From Eledone cirrhosa (lineage: Eukaryota), in contig OZ024750.1 in assembly GCA_964016885.1 (NCBI GenBank), positions 54,250,001 through 54,314,000 of the forward strand: a stretch of DNA of 64,000 nt, written 5' to 3'. Below, in pieces: positions 13,820-28,584 of the stretch. The notes beneath the pieces were generated by a model. It did not search any database. It had not been told where the DNA came from and saw only the letters and a program-made list of their open reading frames with translations. Every line of letters starts with the position of its first letter. Positions within the stretch are counted from its first letter, which is position 1. A program made the translations under genes and the position numbers.

Positions 13820-16630
13820 GCAAGGGTTAGCCTTGCAAGCCTCTTAAGAGTTTATAGTAATCATCTGGACGCTTTCAAGCAGTGTTTCACAGCCAGATGT
13901 CTTTCCTTGTGCTAATCCTTTTAATCACCTCTTATGAAATGTAGGGTTATGGTTTACCTATTCTAAACCAGATACGCACAAAAGTAATATTGTAATATAA
14001 TAACTTCATCTAACTTATGCTTAAAAAAATAAAGTACATATAACAAGACATAGAAACACTAAATGATCATATATAGTTTGTTAATTGTTGATGGACTCTT
14101 GTAAATATTAGTGTTAGAAAACTTATGTTGCCTCTCAATTTCAGAGAAACCAAATCAGTATTGAGTTGTGCTCCCAGGTATGTTGGTTAGTTAACAAAAA
14201 ACACCATTGTAAGCCATTCCAAAGCACTGCCATATTTTCATATTATATTCAGTTACTATATTAGCTGTTTTAGTTCCTGAATTATAGTCAGCCCAAGCAG
14301 TCTACCTTTAGTATAACATAGTGGTTCCCTGCCTTTTTCACTAAGTGTTGGAATTTCTTTAATCTTGGAAGGGAATTACACTGGTATATCAAATGCTTCT
14401 TAAAAATAAACTTTAACCTTTTTGTGACTGTATTTATAATGAAATACATTTTATTTCAATTAATTAATGGTATATAGTTATGACTTTCTACATTCTCAGT
14501 TCAAATCATGACAAGGTCAACTCTGACTTTCATCCTTCCGGGGTTGATAAAATACCAGTTAATTAAGTACTGGGGTAAATATAATTGACTTCTCCCTTCC
14601 CCCAAATTGCTCGCTTTTTACCAATGTTAGAAAGAATTATTAAGATGGTATTTGTAACATAACAAAAGATTCTTATATCAAATTATGTTGGAAGATTTTA
14701 ATTTAAACAGGAACTTTTTAAAAAAAGGTGGGAGGGGTGTTTCACAGAAGCTGAAGAGGGTTGGTATCAAAAGGGTTAAATGATGATGATGTCCTAAAAC
14801 AATAAAAAGTTCAAGGTCAACAGTTAGAGGTGAACATCACATACTTGAGACAGGAAGTAGTTGCTTAATTCAATCAACTGATTCTAAATTCCATGCTTTC
14901 TTTTGTTCAGTTTGGAATGTTTTAATATGCTGAGTGTGACCTAAATCATTCTATTGTATTTCATAACAGTAACAGTTGTTATACTTATGTTAGTTGTTAG
15001 GGTGTTTGGCTCATTAATGTAAAGCTGTGAGTTCGATTCCAACCTGTGCATTATGTCTTTGAGCAAGACACTTTATTTCACATTGCTCCAGTTCACTGAG
15101 TTGTACCTGCGATTGAGCCTTTTCACACACTGTCATGCTCAACTTCTTTGACAACTATGTTGTACATGTGTTTGCAGTATGCTCAGTCACTTGCTTGTTA
15201 ATTTCATGAGCAGACTGTTCTATTTGAACAACTGGAAAATTCATTTTTGGAGCCAGTGGAAGTCCAACATACATCATCATCATTATTATTGTTGTGCGAT
15301 TGCTTGATGGGGGTGGGGTCCTCGCACATGGCCGCACTAGCCACCCCACTACCATGCGCAACCCTAACATGGTTAGTGTTATCACTGTTTAAGCAGTTAT
15401 TGTTGTATGTTGTGACCACTTATATTCCACATCTAGTTGTAGTTGTTAAATTATGACTCAACTCTATTGTATGTCTCTTAATATTTCACAATACATTGTA
15501 AGTTTTTGTTTTATTGTCATATAATGTCCCTATTAATTTCACATTAGTAGGAGTAGTAGTTGTTTTATTTTCATTATTAATAGCATACTACTAGTAGTAG
15601 TAGTTGTTGTTAATAATTTACAGTAGTTGTACTAGTTCTTGTCGTTATATTCTGTCCTTATTAATTTCATATTAATTTCACTAATAATAGTAGTAGTAGT
15701 TGTTTTTCTTATATATCCTTTTCATGTCAGTAGCAACAGCAGCTTGTTCTATAAAATTGTTCAGTTTTATTTCTCTACTAATTACTCTGCACTTTACCTC
15801 ACATTTTTTCTACATTTTTCTTTCTTTCTTCCTGGTGATTATTTAAAAAATAATTGTTTCTATTTGTGATCGATTTCATTGTAACTATTATTATTGTATT
15901 ATCAATAATAATATTATTGTTACCTACTATTCTCCCTCTGTTGTGCCTTTTCCATTACTTAATGTAAACTCCACACTCTGTATTGTTTTTCATCCTTGTA
16001 TTGTGCCTTCCCCCCCAATCTTGACGTCTTGTTGCCAATAAAATAAATTATTATTATTATTTGTCTTTTCACATTGCTTAAGATCTTAACTGGGTAATAT
16101 TTTAGATAGCTTGTAAGTCATGTGATGATCTCAGACAAAGAATGTCTTTTACGGTATGTTACCAGTTCCAAGAAGGGCCAATTTCTGTAGAAATACAATG
16201 TTAGGTGTATTCTCATGGTTGTAGTTATTATTAAATAAAAGCACATGACTTAGAATGTTCAGCTGATGATACTAAGGCTGTAACATTAGCAGTGGTGTGT
16301 TGTGTCTGAGCAAAACACCATTTCACTTTACTTCAGTCTACTCAGTTGGCAAAGGAGAAAATAAAAATGAGTTGTATCTAATTTAAAGGATCAAGCTTAT
16401 TACACACTGTCATGCTGAATTCCCCTAAGAATTACATTAAGAGTATATGTTTCTGTAAAATGCTCAGTCACTTGCATGTTAATTTTACAAGCAGGTTTGT
16501 TTTGTTCAAACAAGTGGAATACTCATTGTCAGAAAAAAGTAGACAGATGGCAATTCTGTCCATTTTTTATCTCCAGAGAAACTTTACCTGATATTCTCAA
16601 CTATTATTTACAATGATTGACTGTTATTAC

Positions 16631-16819
16631 GGTGGATTGGCAGTATCGGTAGAGGGTCGGACGCCATGCTTTCCAGCATAGTTACGTCCCTTTACGATCT
16701 GAGTTCAAATCCCGCCGAGGTTGACTTTGCCTTTCATCCTTACGGAGTTGATAAAATAAAGTACCAGTAATGCACTGGGTAATTGCTGGCCTTGTGCCTA
16801 AAGTAGAAACAATTATATT
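16631..16819 (+). mobile_element. tRNA-derived SINE (near-identical copy at 33494-33680; older copies at ~8574, 14490, 18290, 23600, 33270, 41156)
   Basis: A-box-like TGGCAGTATCGG, B-box GAGTTCAAATCC and a conserved GCCTTTCATCCTTACGGRGTYGATAAAATAAAGTACC body. Confidence 0.8.
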
Positions 16820-16875
16820 CATTTACATTGGATGACTACATTTTTCATAATGTTATTTTTGTTTGTTTGTTTCAG

Positions 16876-17176
16876 GCGGACTTCCAAACCTCTTCTGTGG
16901 CCCGTAGCAAATGTTTTAGTATTTAAGAAGGTGAAGTCCGCCCTTGGTCTTGACCGCTGTAAGTTATGCTTCACTGCTGCAGCACCAATTATGAAGGAAA
17001 CTCTAGATTTTATGATGAGTCTTAACATTCCAGTCTTTGAAATTTACGGTATGAGTGAAAGTACCGGTCCACACACAGTATCGCTTCCAAAGAAATTTAA
17101 AATTGGAAGTGTAGGATCCGAAATGTGTGGTGCACAGACAATGTTACATTCTATAGATGGTGATGGTAATGGTGAG
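16876..17176 (+). CDS. ACSBG2: ACSBG-like exon
   Basis: ttcAG / GTgagg. Encodes LVFKKVKSALGLDRC...AAAPI...EIYGMSESTGPH...GNGE, including the AMP-binding YGxSE motif; 301 bp, phase 2/0. Confidence 0.95.
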
Positions 17177-18519
17177 GTGAGGGCTTCTATTCATTTATCT
17201 TTTTTTCATATGTGAAGTATACTCTGTAAAGTGGTTGGTGTTAGTAAGGGCATCCTGCTGTAGAAACTTTGTCAAATAAAGAGTTGAGATGACTTTTCAA
17301 TTGTGCCAAGGACATGCCAACCTCCATCATGCTGGTGCTATAATAAAATGTACTCAGTAGGTTCTGTAAACTGGTTGGTGTTAGGAAGGGTATCCAAAAA
17401 CCATGCTAAACATTTGCTAAGAGGAATGAAATACACTCAGTAAAGTGTTAGGAAAGTCATCCAGCTGTAGAAACAATGCCAAAACCAGAGTGTATGTTAG
17501 ATATGGCCTTTGGTCTGTCTGGGAGGACTGGCTCTGATTTAAGTATTGACATGGTTTGTGAAAACCCATTCAACCAATGCTAGCATGCAAAAGTAGACAT
17601 ATGATTATGATGATGATGATTAAGTATTTCAGTTTGTCTACATTTCTCATTTTTCCCCTCTTAATTTAGTTATCAAATATAACAGTAAATTGTATATCTG
17701 TGGATGCAGTATTTAAAAGATGTATTTTTTTACTGTTTAGTTAGGGAGGGAAAGGCAGTAGGTTTCTGTCTAGACCTCTGTGGGAGAGAGGGTGGAGACC
17801 TGATCCAAATACTTACAACAAAGTGGATTCTAAGGACCATTTGGTGGTATTAAACTGAGTGACAAATTAGTCTACAATGGTTAAGTGGTGATGAAATTCA
17901 CTTCATAATCATGGAGTTCTGGTTTCAATCCCACTGCAGCATTTTGGGCAAGTGTTATTTAATATAATCTCTGGATGATCCAAGTGTGTTTGTGACTGAA
18001 GTTTGGTACTTTGAAACTGGTTGAAAATCCATCAGATGGGCTGTAGCTGTAAGAACGAGCCTTCCTACAGATTGCCTTGCTGATACAGCTTAGGACTATG
18101 TAAAGGATGTGCCTGTGGAATACTCAACCACTAGTGAACTACTAGAACACTCATCATTGAAACAGGAGTCTAATTACTTTTCACTTCCTTAACTCTCTTA
18201 TTGTTTATTTATCAAATGTAACTTCTATATTCTGTGCTGTTACAATAGACATACTCGGAAATGTAACTTCTATATTACTTGCTGAATATTGTTTCTACTT
18301 TAGGCACAAGGCCAGCAATTTGAAGGAAAGGGGAAAGTCGATTAAATCGATCCCACTTTGTTACTGGTACTTTATTTTATTGACTGCCGTAAGGATGAAA
18401 GTTGATCTCGGCTGGATTTGAACTCAGAATGTTCTACACACACAGACACGGACATATTACATGCTATTAGATCCATAAGAAGACCAAGGGAGATAAACAA
18501 CATATATTAGCTTTAGTTT

Positions 18520-21350
18520 TATCATCATCAACGTTTTTATGTCTGCTTTTCCGTGCTTGCATGGGTGGGACGGGTTCTTCTCAGCACAGCATCTCTCCAC
18601 ACGTTGCAATCCTTTATCATCGCCTCTGTAAGTTTCAATGATTGGAGGTCAGCTCTCACAACCTCTACTCAAGTTTTTCTTGGTCTATTTCTACCGCGAC
18701 TTCCTTCCACTGGCATTTCCTGGCTCTTCTTCACCCAATGATTATTGTCCAGTCCAAACCAACGCAGCCTGCACATTACCTTAAATTTATCTTAAACCCA
18801 GCTTCTCCTTTAACTTGTCCTGCTTCTTTCTCACATTTACATTACACATACAACGGAGCATGGCTGCTTTATTTCTATCCAGTTTATAAACATCCTCTAC
18901 AGTCACAGCCCAAGTTTCACTACCATGCAACATCATACTTCACAAACTGTCATACAATCGTTTTGTACTTAGAGAGAGATAAACCATTTGTGGTTAACAG
19001 TAGGAGTAGCTCTTTGAACTTTTTCCATCCTATTCTTATTCTAGCTATTATGCTCTCAAAACACTCCTCTCCATTGCTAATTACATTGCCTAGATAGAAG
19101 CTATCAACCACTTCTATGGGTCCTTCCTGTAACTGGAATAAACTTACATTACTGTTTCATGTTCCTCTTGGTTACCCCTGTGCATCCTCTACAAATAAAG
19201 TCTTTTCTTATGTTAGCTTACTCATTATCCCACTACATCTCTTGTGTACCCAAGATTTACATTGTGTACATCGTATTGAGTTTATATGTACTCCTTTCTA
19301 CATATTGAGCAGGGCCACATCCCTCAAGGAAACAGTGTCCTATTTTCTCTCCTACTCACTAGCACTTTAGTTTTGGCTAAGTTTAGGCCTTTTGATTCTA
19401 AATTTTATAATGATAATAATGAAGTTATTGTGTACAGTGCTCAGATGCACTACAACTCATCAAAGGTGCATGTATAGTACATAGAATAATGTACAAATTT
19501 CATGAAAGTGAACAGTGTATGAGTCGTGATATACATACAGATACATGCGGGCATGTGTATGGAAGCGGAATGTCAGATGTCATGTTGGCGAATTTTGGGA
19601 AGCTTGGAGGTTTTGAAGGATGCAGTGTCCCGACAGCTAAAAGATAATGCAGGTAGTTTGTACTTTGCTTCAGCAACTCTGAGTGTGAAAAAATGTTTCT
19701 GAAAGTCATGGGAGCTGTGCTGTTTTCTGACTTTGTAGGCATGTTCACAGGTGTTAGACACATGGAATTCAAAATGGTGCTCAGGGTTGTTGGCAAGATG
19801 GTTAATAATATTGTGAGTGTCTACCAAGTCAGTTGCCAGACGTCATAGTTTCAATGTATCCATGCCCAGGGAAGCAACGTGTTCAGAGTATGGTAGATGC
19901 CTTATGGAGGGTATTCACTTGGTTGCACATCTCTGAACAGTTTCCAGGAGGTCAATATTCTGAGCAAGATAGGGGTTCCAGATGGATGATGCAAATTCTA
20001 AGTGTGGCTGCACCATAGCTATATACAGCTTTAAATAGATAGCTGGAGAGTGGCTGACAAAGGTCTTGCTGAGACACCCTCAGCTTTCTTGGCAATTTTA
20101 GAGATGTGCTTTGTTCAACGCAAATCGCTATTGACAATAATGCCCAGGCCACGTTCACAAGAAGACTTCTTGAGATTGGTGTTGCAGAGGGAGTATATGA
20201 ATGCTGGGTTTTTCCTCCCAAAATGCATGGTGCTACACTTGTCTACAGTCAGCTTGAGTTTCCAGTCCATGATCTATTGCTGCAGGAAAGATCTAGTGTT
20301 CAGGATCTGTCCTTTTTATCTCAAGGTACAGCTTGATGATGTCATCTGCATACTTCAGCACTGTGGCATTCTTTAAGTTGGCATTTATTTCATTACTTTA
20401 TGCAACAAACAAAAGGGAACCAAGAACAGATCCCTGCAGTACACCAGATGTCATCTCATAGGATGAAGAATGCTGTCCAAGAACTGTGACTGCCTCTTTT
20501 CGACTAAGAATGAAGGACTTCAACCATTTATAAAGATCATCTCTCACGCCCATAGCAGAGAGTTTTGCCATAAGTCTTTTGTGTGGCACAGAATTAAAAG
20601 CTTTAGCAAAGTCAAGATAAACAATATCCACTCATGAGCTGCCATCAGTGATCTGGGTAATGTCTTCAAGAAACTCGATGAGTTGATCACAGCAGTTGGG
20701 ATAAATTCAAATTGCGAGAGTCAAATAAGGCTGTGAGAGTTCCAGAAGTTCCAGAGTGTTCCTCTGATACAGAATTCCATCAGTTTGGTGATGTAGCTAG
20801 TAAGACTGACTGGGCGATAATTGACAGGCGACATGCGGTGACCCTTTTTGAACAGGGCAATGGCAATTTTCCACTACTCTGGAGTAACAGAGATGAGACA
20901 GAATTGAAAGAAGAGTGAAAGCTGGTGCAGAAGTAAGTACCCACAATGTTTGAGAAGCAGGTACATAACATCATCAAGACCGGTGTTTCCATAGTCGGAA
21001 CTTATTTTCTAGAATTTTAATGGATTTGGTTATAAGGACCAGATCATCTGCATAAAGAAGTTCTCATAGGCAGTCGGTCTTAAACTCCTCTATTATAGCC
21101 TGGAAGACTATAATGAATAGTAGTGGGCTAAGAACTCCTACTCGTACCTTGAATTCTTCACTAAACACATTTCCTACTCTCACTTTGCTGACAGCTCCTC
21201 TGTACATGACTTGCACTGCTCTCACCAACCATTCTTCTACACCTAATTTCCTTGAGGACCACCAGATAATAGATCAGGGTACTCTGGCAAACAGATTTTC
21301 TAGGTCAACGAAAACTAGGTATAGTGGCTTATTATTGACTAAGAACTTCT
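18520..21350 (-). mobile_element. Degenerate RTE LINE split by a nested CR1-clade insertion (RTE parts 18520-19400 and 20976-21350)
   Basis: Minus strand reads YADDLVLI...ENKFRLWK at ~21050-20980 and resumes with ESKGL at ~19400. (CAT)n tail remnant at ~18520. Confidence 0.75.
19401..20975 (-). mobile_element. CR1/L2-clade LINE fragment (RT and 3' end)
   Basis: Encodes DIVYLDFAKAFNSVPH...SGVLQGSVLGSLLF and YADD. Same family as 38830-40370. Confidence 0.85.
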
Positions 21351-21485
21351 TTCATTATGATTACCTTCATGGCAGAGAAGAAACTTTATATCATTGCTTT
21401 ATAAAAAAAAATGGCGGTGAGCTATTAGAATCAGTAGAGCAATGGATAAAATACTGTGTGGTATTTAGTTCTAGCTTTTTACACT

Positions 21486-23602
21486 CATCATCATCATCCT
21501 CGTCATCATTTTACGTCCATCCTTCCATGCTAGTATGGGTTAGACGTGTTGTCCTGTTGTGGGCAGTGTCCAGTCGGCTGACCTTGTCTTGCTCATACGG
21601 GAACTGATTCTAGCTTGATTTCTACAGCTGGATGCCCTTCCTCACACCAACCTCATTTACAGTAAGTGCTGGGGGCTTTTTACCATGGCGCCTACATGAC
21701 CACTTAACAGTGAGTGCTGGGGGATTTTTTGCTGTGGCTCCTCCACGACCACTTTATAGTGGGAGTGGGGGGAGGGGCATATTGTCTATATGCTTCAGCT
21801 TCGGCTTGTACCTGTGGGAAGTCGGGTTTTCTGTATTACTGCATGATGCCAGAGGTCACGGTCGTGTGTCATCGCCTTTGAGAGGTGTAATTGGGTAAGG
21901 TCAGCTTTTATCACCTCATCCCAGGTCTTCTTGGGTCTCCCCACTCCGAGGTTTCCATCGACTTCTAGTGCTCTGTACCTTTTTATGCAGCTGTCATCCT
22001 TCATACACATCACATGTCCATCCCAACGTAACCTCCTCTCCTGCACACAGCATTTGATTCCTCTTATGTTCAGTCTCTCTCTCAATTCGTTTATACTTTG
22101 CCATTCGCATATATTACTATTACACATCCATTGGAGCGTGCAGGCTTCGTTTCTTTCTAATCAACGCAAGTCTTCCACAGACAGCACCCAGGTGTCACTA
22201 CCATGTAACATTGCTGTTCGTATACAGGCATCATACAGTCTGCCTTTCATTTTGAGGGGAAAGCCTTTTAAAGCTAACAGTGGCAGTAGTTCCCTGAACT
22301 TCTTCCATCCCGTTCTTACCCTGGTTTCTGTACTTTCAGAATACCCACCTCCACTGCTAATTTGGTCACTTAGGTAGCAAAAGCTGTCTACTGTTTCTAC
22401 AGAGCCTTCCCAGAGTTTGGTGGTACTTGTTTCCTGCGGTCGTTTACTGCTTACTGTCCCAGTGCAGCTGCTACATGTAAAGCCTACATTCCTAACTAAG
22501 CTTCCTGAGATCCCACTACATCACTTGTGTACCCATAGTTTGCATTTGGGGCAGATGATGGGGTTCCTACCTTTCCTACATACTGAGCAAGGCCATTTCC
22601 CTGAGGGGATCTGGGTTCTATTTTCTTGTCTACTTATGAGGACCTTAGTCTCTGTCAGGTTGACTTTGAGACCCTTTATTTCTAGTCACTGCTACCAAGT
22701 TTGGAATTTCTTCTCTAGTTCTACCATAGATTCAGCTTATAAGTGCGAGGTCATCTGCATGCAGGAGTTCCCATGGGCATCCGGTCTTAAACTCCTCCGT
22801 TATTGCTTGCAGGACTATGATGAACAGGAGAGGGCTAAGAACAGAGCCCTGGTGGACACCAACCTGTACGCTAAATTCCTCGCTATACTCATTGCTAATC
22901 CTAACTTTGCTGACTGCTCCCCTATACATGGCTTGTACAGCTTTCACAAGCCATTCATCTACTCCTAGTTTTCTAAGAGCCCACCAGATTATAGCACGTG
23001 GAACTCTGTCAAAGGCTTTCTCGAGATCGACGAATGCCAGGTAGAGCAGCTTACTTTTAGCTAGGTACTTTTCCTGTAACTGCCTCACAAGGAAGAGGGC
23101 ATCAGTGGTGCCTCTTCCTGGTACAAACCCAAATTGCATCTCATCTAGTTTCACCCGGTCCCTAATCAACTGTGCTATAACTCTTTGTTACTTTCATGAC
23201 CTGGTCCATCAGCTTTATACCTCTATAGTTTCCTCTATCTAGTGCATCACCTTTACCTTTGTAGCAGTTGACAATGATGCTACTGCACCAATCTTTTGGT
23301 ATGACACCTAGTATTACCTGGTTAACAATACGTGTGGTTATAGTGTGACCTACAGACCCAGATGCCTTCAGCATCTCGGAAGCTATACCCGATGGACCGG
23401 TTGCCTTCCCCATCTTCATATCTTTGATTGCCTTACTATGCTGCTGCTGACTTGTACTGCTGGCACTTCTATAGGGTCTACTTGGGGTAGGGTCTCTTTC
23501 TCCCATGCATTCTCCTCATTTAGTAATCTTTCACAATGCATCTTCTCGGCACTTGTGAGGGCAAGCTCACCTTTATCATTCCGGACACACTTCTCTCCAA
23601 CT
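21486..23602 (-). mobile_element. RTE LINE, 5'-truncated, frameshifted
   Basis: Encodes NYRGIKL, QFGFVPGRGTTDA, FVDLEKAFDRVPR, GVHQGSVLSPLLF and ADDL, then RLRWDGHV/GRPKKTW. (GAT)n tail at 21486. Confidence 0.93.
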
Positions 23603-24442
23603 CTGAGTTCAAATCCTGTTGAGGTCAACTTTATCTTTCAACCTTCTGAGGTTATTAAAATAACCATTTGAGTAATGGGGGTCGATTTAATCGACTTTCC
23701 CCCTAAAATTCCTGCCCTGTGCTTAAATTAGAAGCCATCATTATTGCCCCAAAATGGACTGATTTAAAAGAATATCAGTGATTAAAGGGATACATGTTCT
23801 GAAATTTTTGAATTCTACATATTTAATTAAAAAGTTTTAATCAGGAGTAATCTCTCTTTCTCTCTCTCTCTCTCTTGCCCACCCCCAATTTTGTAAGGGT
23901 TATCAGACTGAGGCATAGCTGTGTGGTTAAGAAGTTTGCTTGGCAACCACATGATTCCGAGTTCAGTCACACTGCATGTCACCTTTGGCAAATGTCTTCT
24001 ATTATAACCACGAGGAAGGTGGGGGGCTATTTGGTAAATGGAATCTGTAAGAAATCCTATCATTTGTGTATGTATGTGTGTGTATGTCCGATGCCACAAG
24101 TGTCTTCATGTCAGCACTATTTAAAAGGATGTGGGTGATGTTTGTTTGTGTGTTTCATTAGTAAAATATCCTAATATATTAGTTTTTGTCAGCATTACCA
24201 AACTAGATGGATCAGAGTAACACATCTTGCTTGTACATTCCTTTTTGGCATGGTTTCTATGGCTATATGCCTTTCCTAAGATTACCCACTTTACAAAGGA
24301 TACTGAGTGTATGTTACTGTTGCAACAGCACTATCACTTTACAGTGTACTGAGTGCATTTTAATTAATTCAAATTCAGTCTGTGTCATTAAAAATATGGT
24401 CATGAAAGGGTTAAATTTCTAAATAAGGGAATTTTATTATAG

Positions 24443-24590
24443 GTTTGTATGTTTGGCAGACATGTGTTCATGGGTTACTTGAAGGCTCCAGAAAAATCTA
24501 AAGAAACTATTGATGATGACGGCTGGCTACACTCTGGTGATATTGGCAAGAAGGATAAAGACTTTCTCTATATAACCGGCAGAATTAAAG
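24443..24590 (+). CDS. ACSBG2: ACSBG-like exon
   Basis: tatAG / GTaag. Encodes [13 protein letters not shown]...[10 protein letters not shown]...LYITGRIK (FACS signature); 148 bp, phase 0/1. Confidence 0.95.
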
Positions 24591-25374
24591 GTAAGTTTTG
24601 AAAGAATTTTGAAAGTCACCACAGTCTAGTGCTTAGAGCAGTGATTCTCAAACAATTCTTCTAGGTGCAGTAGTTTCCAAATGTTGCACATAGGTTCAGT
24701 GGTGAACCATGAGATGTAATTAGGTACATTGTGAAATAGCAAGATTCAATTTCAATTTTTAATTATCTTCATTTCTACCTGAGGAAATTTTTAGAGAATC
24801 AGATATGATGTTGTATCGTGTCTTTTTCTGCTCTTTATTTTCTGGTTTGAATTCACCTGGAACATTGGTGTACCAAGCTGTATTTGTCCTTGCCTTTCAC
24901 TTAGACAACATCTGTAATGTGGAGAGAGAAGACTGGGTATATATGGGCAACTGCTGACGTTTCCAGGCTTGCCCTTTTGAAAGGAACTTTCAAGGTGCAG
25001 AATCATGTTCTCACAACATTTAAAGAAGTGTCAGTTATTGTATGTAGTCACACCGAGTTCTGGTATTGCTGTTAACTTAAATCTATAATAACTGAGAATA
25101 CTTTAGCTGTTTAAAAAAACTATATTTGTGTAAGGCATAGCCTAACTAAATATTTAATAATTTTGATTCCCAATGATGAGGTTCCAGGTTTGGTCCCACT
25201 GTGTGGCATTTTGGGCAAGTGTCTTTTACAGTAGCCTCAAGTTGACCCAAGCCATCTGAGTGAAATTGGGTAGACAGAGACTGTGTGGAATCTCATCAGA
25301 TGGACTGTTCCTGTAATTCAAAGGGCCAAACTTGTCACACCCTGTATTGCATTAAATCTCCTTTAGAATATGCC

Positions 25375-28172
25375 AGTCAGATAGATTATATCCTTACCAG
25401 AAGACGTGACAAAGTGTCGGTTGTAAACTAAATCCCTCCCCCGCAAAGAATGCACCTCCCAACATAGCCTCATAGTTAGCGACCTCATAGTTAGCGACCT
25501 CATAGTCACGACGAGACGTACTCAACAACAGAGGAGGACTACCCTAAGGAGAAGAATATGGAAGTTAAAGGACCTCACAGCCAGCGACAAATTTAAAAGC
25601 ATATTACTTGATGCTTTTGACAGTAAGGAAGAGCAATTAGAGACGTACAATATAGAGGAACAGTGGGAATTCCTGAAAGTTAACCTGCTGAAATCGACAG
25701 ATGAAATCTGTAGCTGGAGCAGACCTATAAACAGAAGAATAACATGGTGGTGGAACAGTAAGGTGGAGGAGTCAATCAAGGCCAAGAAGCAAGCTTGGAA
25801 AGTATGGCGGGATGGGGGAAGTAGAGAACACTATCAAACGGCAAGGAGGGAAGCTAGGAGACAAGTGTACCTTGCAAGAGGGGAAACAGAGGAAAGAAAG
25901 TTCAAGCATGTTCTACAACGCAAAGACCAAAAACGTGAGGTCTTCAGGATTGCTAGACAATGTGTCAAGAAAAATCGTGATATTGTTGGGGAGAAGTGTG
26001 TACGTAATGATGATGGTTTACTTGCCGTCACTGATACTGATAAGAAGGTAGCTTGGAAATGTCACTACAAGACGCTACTAAATGAGGAGAATAAGTGGGA
26101 AAAAGATAGTCTGCCCCAAATTGATCCAATAGAGGGACCAACAGTGCAAGTTGAAGGTAGTATAATAAGTAAGACAATCAAAGATATGAAGACGGGCAAA
26201 GCAGCTGGGCCTTCGGAGATAGTTGCTGAAATGCTGAAAGCATCTGGATCGGTGGGACACACTATGGTCTCCCGGATAGTAAACAAAGTTATACAGAATG
26301 GGGTCATACCAAATGACTGGCGTAGCAGCAGCAGCATCATTAACTGCTAAAAGGGTAAAGGAGACGCCCTAGACAGGGGAAACTATAGAGGCATTAAATT
26401 AATTGACCAGATCATGAAGGTCACAGAAAAAGTTATAGCGCAACTAATCAGAGCGAATGGATCTAGATGAAATGCAGTTTGGGTTTGTGTCAGGTAAAAG
26501 TACAACAGGCGCTCTTTTCCTTGTACGACAACTGCAGAAGTACCTAGCTAAAAGTAAACCTCTATACTTAGCTTTTGTTGACTTGGAGAAAGCCTTTGAC
26601 AGTCCCGCGCCATTATCTGGTGGGCTCTTAGAAAACTAGGTGTTGATGAATGGCTCATGAGAGCTATACAAGCCATGTATAAAGAAACAGTCAGCAAGGT
26701 TAAAATTAACAACGAATATAGTGAAGAATTTAGCGTAAAAGTCGGTGTTTATTAGGGCTCTGTCCTTAGCCCCCTCCTATTTATTATTGCCCTTCAGGCT
26801 ATATCAGAGGATTTCAAGACTGGCTGCCCATGGGAACTTCTATACACAGATGATCTAATGCTCATAGCTGAATCAATTGCTGAACTAGAGAAGAAATTCC
26901 AAACATGGAAGCATGGCCTAGAATCAAAAGGCCTTAAAATTAACTTGTCTAAGACTAAAGTTCTTGTATGTAGGAAGGAAAATAGGGCACTGGTCCCCTC
27001 TGGGAAATGACCATGCTCAGTATGTAGGAAAGGAGTAGGCAAAAACTCCATTTTATGTCCCAAATGCAAAGTATGGGTGCATAAAAGATGTAGTGGGATC
27101 ACAGGTAAGCTATCTAAGAACGTAGATTTTATATGTGGCCGGTGCTCAGGCGCAATAAGTAGTTGCAAGTGCCCACAGGATACTAGCTCCTTCCATTGCC
27201 CAGATGGTTCTATAGAAATAGTGGACACTTTTTGTTACCTGGGTGACAAAATCAGCAGTGGTGGTGGGTGCTCTGAAAGTACAGAAGCTAGAGTCAGAAC
27301 GGGATGGAAAAAATTCAGAGAGCTTATACCACTATTGGCCGCTAAAGGTTTCTCCCTAAAAATGAAAGGCATACGAACAGCAATGTTACATGGCAGTGAG
27401 ACTTGGGCATTGTGTGCAGAGGATCTGCGCAGACTAGAGAGGAACGAAGCATGCATGCTCCGTTGGATGTGTAATAGTAATATACGTGAACGGCAAAGCA
27501 TAAATGAAGTGAGAAATTGGGAATAAGAGGGATCAGATGCTGTTTACTCGAGAGAAGACTACGTTGGTATGGCCACGTGATACGCATGAAAGACGACAGC
27601 TGTATAAAAAAAGTGCAGGGCTATCAAAATAGATGGAAGCTACGGAGTAGGTAGACCCAGAAAAACCTGGGACGACTTGATAAATTCCGACCTTACACAC
27701 TTACACCTCTCCAAGACAATGTCACTGGATCGAGATCTTTGGTGCTACGCTGTAATACAGAAGACACGCCTTGTCTAAGTACAAAGCGAAACCTACAGTC
27801 AGTAGGCACCTCTTAACCAAATATACACCCCCATCCCACTACCCCAACTTCCACACCCCCACTCCCATCAACACCACCCTTTTCTCTGTAAAGTTATGTT
27901 GGTACCACAACATCCAGTCCTAAATAAATGAGGTTGTGTAAGTGTCACGACAAAAACACACAGTCCACGCTGTAATGTGGCCGTGTAGGTAACTCGGTAA
28001 AAACCTCCCAGTCCACACTGTAAATGTGGTTGGTGTTAGGAAGGGCATCCAGCTGTAGAAAACCTGCCAGACAGTCCTATACGAGCGAGACGACCAATCT
28101 TGCCTCAAGTGGGACAATTCCCGTCTAAACCCATGCTAGCGTGGAAGATAGACGTTAAAAGATGATGATGAA
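25375..28172 (+). mobile_element. RTE LINE, 5'-truncated within the APE endonuclease C-terminus
   Basis: Begins with SQIDYIL...QH (APE end). RT motifs carry stops and frameshifts. 3' UTR has GGAAGGGCATCCAGCTGTAGAAAACC and a (GAT)n tail. A 15-bp tandem duplication CCTCATAGTTAGCGA lies near 25470-25505. Confidence 0.93.
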
Positions 28173-28444
28173 TTACATTAAGGGTACACATGTCTGGAAT
28201 ACTCAAGCCACTATAGTAGAAAAGATAAGACTATCTGGAATTGAAAGGGTCAGCCTTGTGACATAATGTCATCTGGAATATACTTTACAATTACATTAAA
28301 CATGTTTGTGGAATACTCAGCCACTTGCTCATTAATAAGTTGAAAATGAAATTCATTCATGTTTTTTTTTCATTTGTAAGTTGTAACAAAATTCAGATGA
28401 TTTTATTTATTTTTAACTGATTCTGACGAAATGTTTTATTTAAG

Positions 28445-28584
28445 AAATAATAATCACTGCTGGTGGTGAAAATATTGCTCCAGTTCCAATTGAGGAGTCT
28501 GTCAAGGAAGTTTTACCGATTGTTAGTCAATGTATGCTAGTTGGTGACAAGCGCAAGTTTCTGTCTATGCTTATCACATTGAAG
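28445..28584 (+). CDS. ACSBG2: ACSBG-like exon
   Basis: ttaAG / GTaaga. Encodes (E)IIITAGGENIAPVPIEE...MLVGDKRKFLSMLITLK; 140 bp, phase 1/0. Confidence 0.95.
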
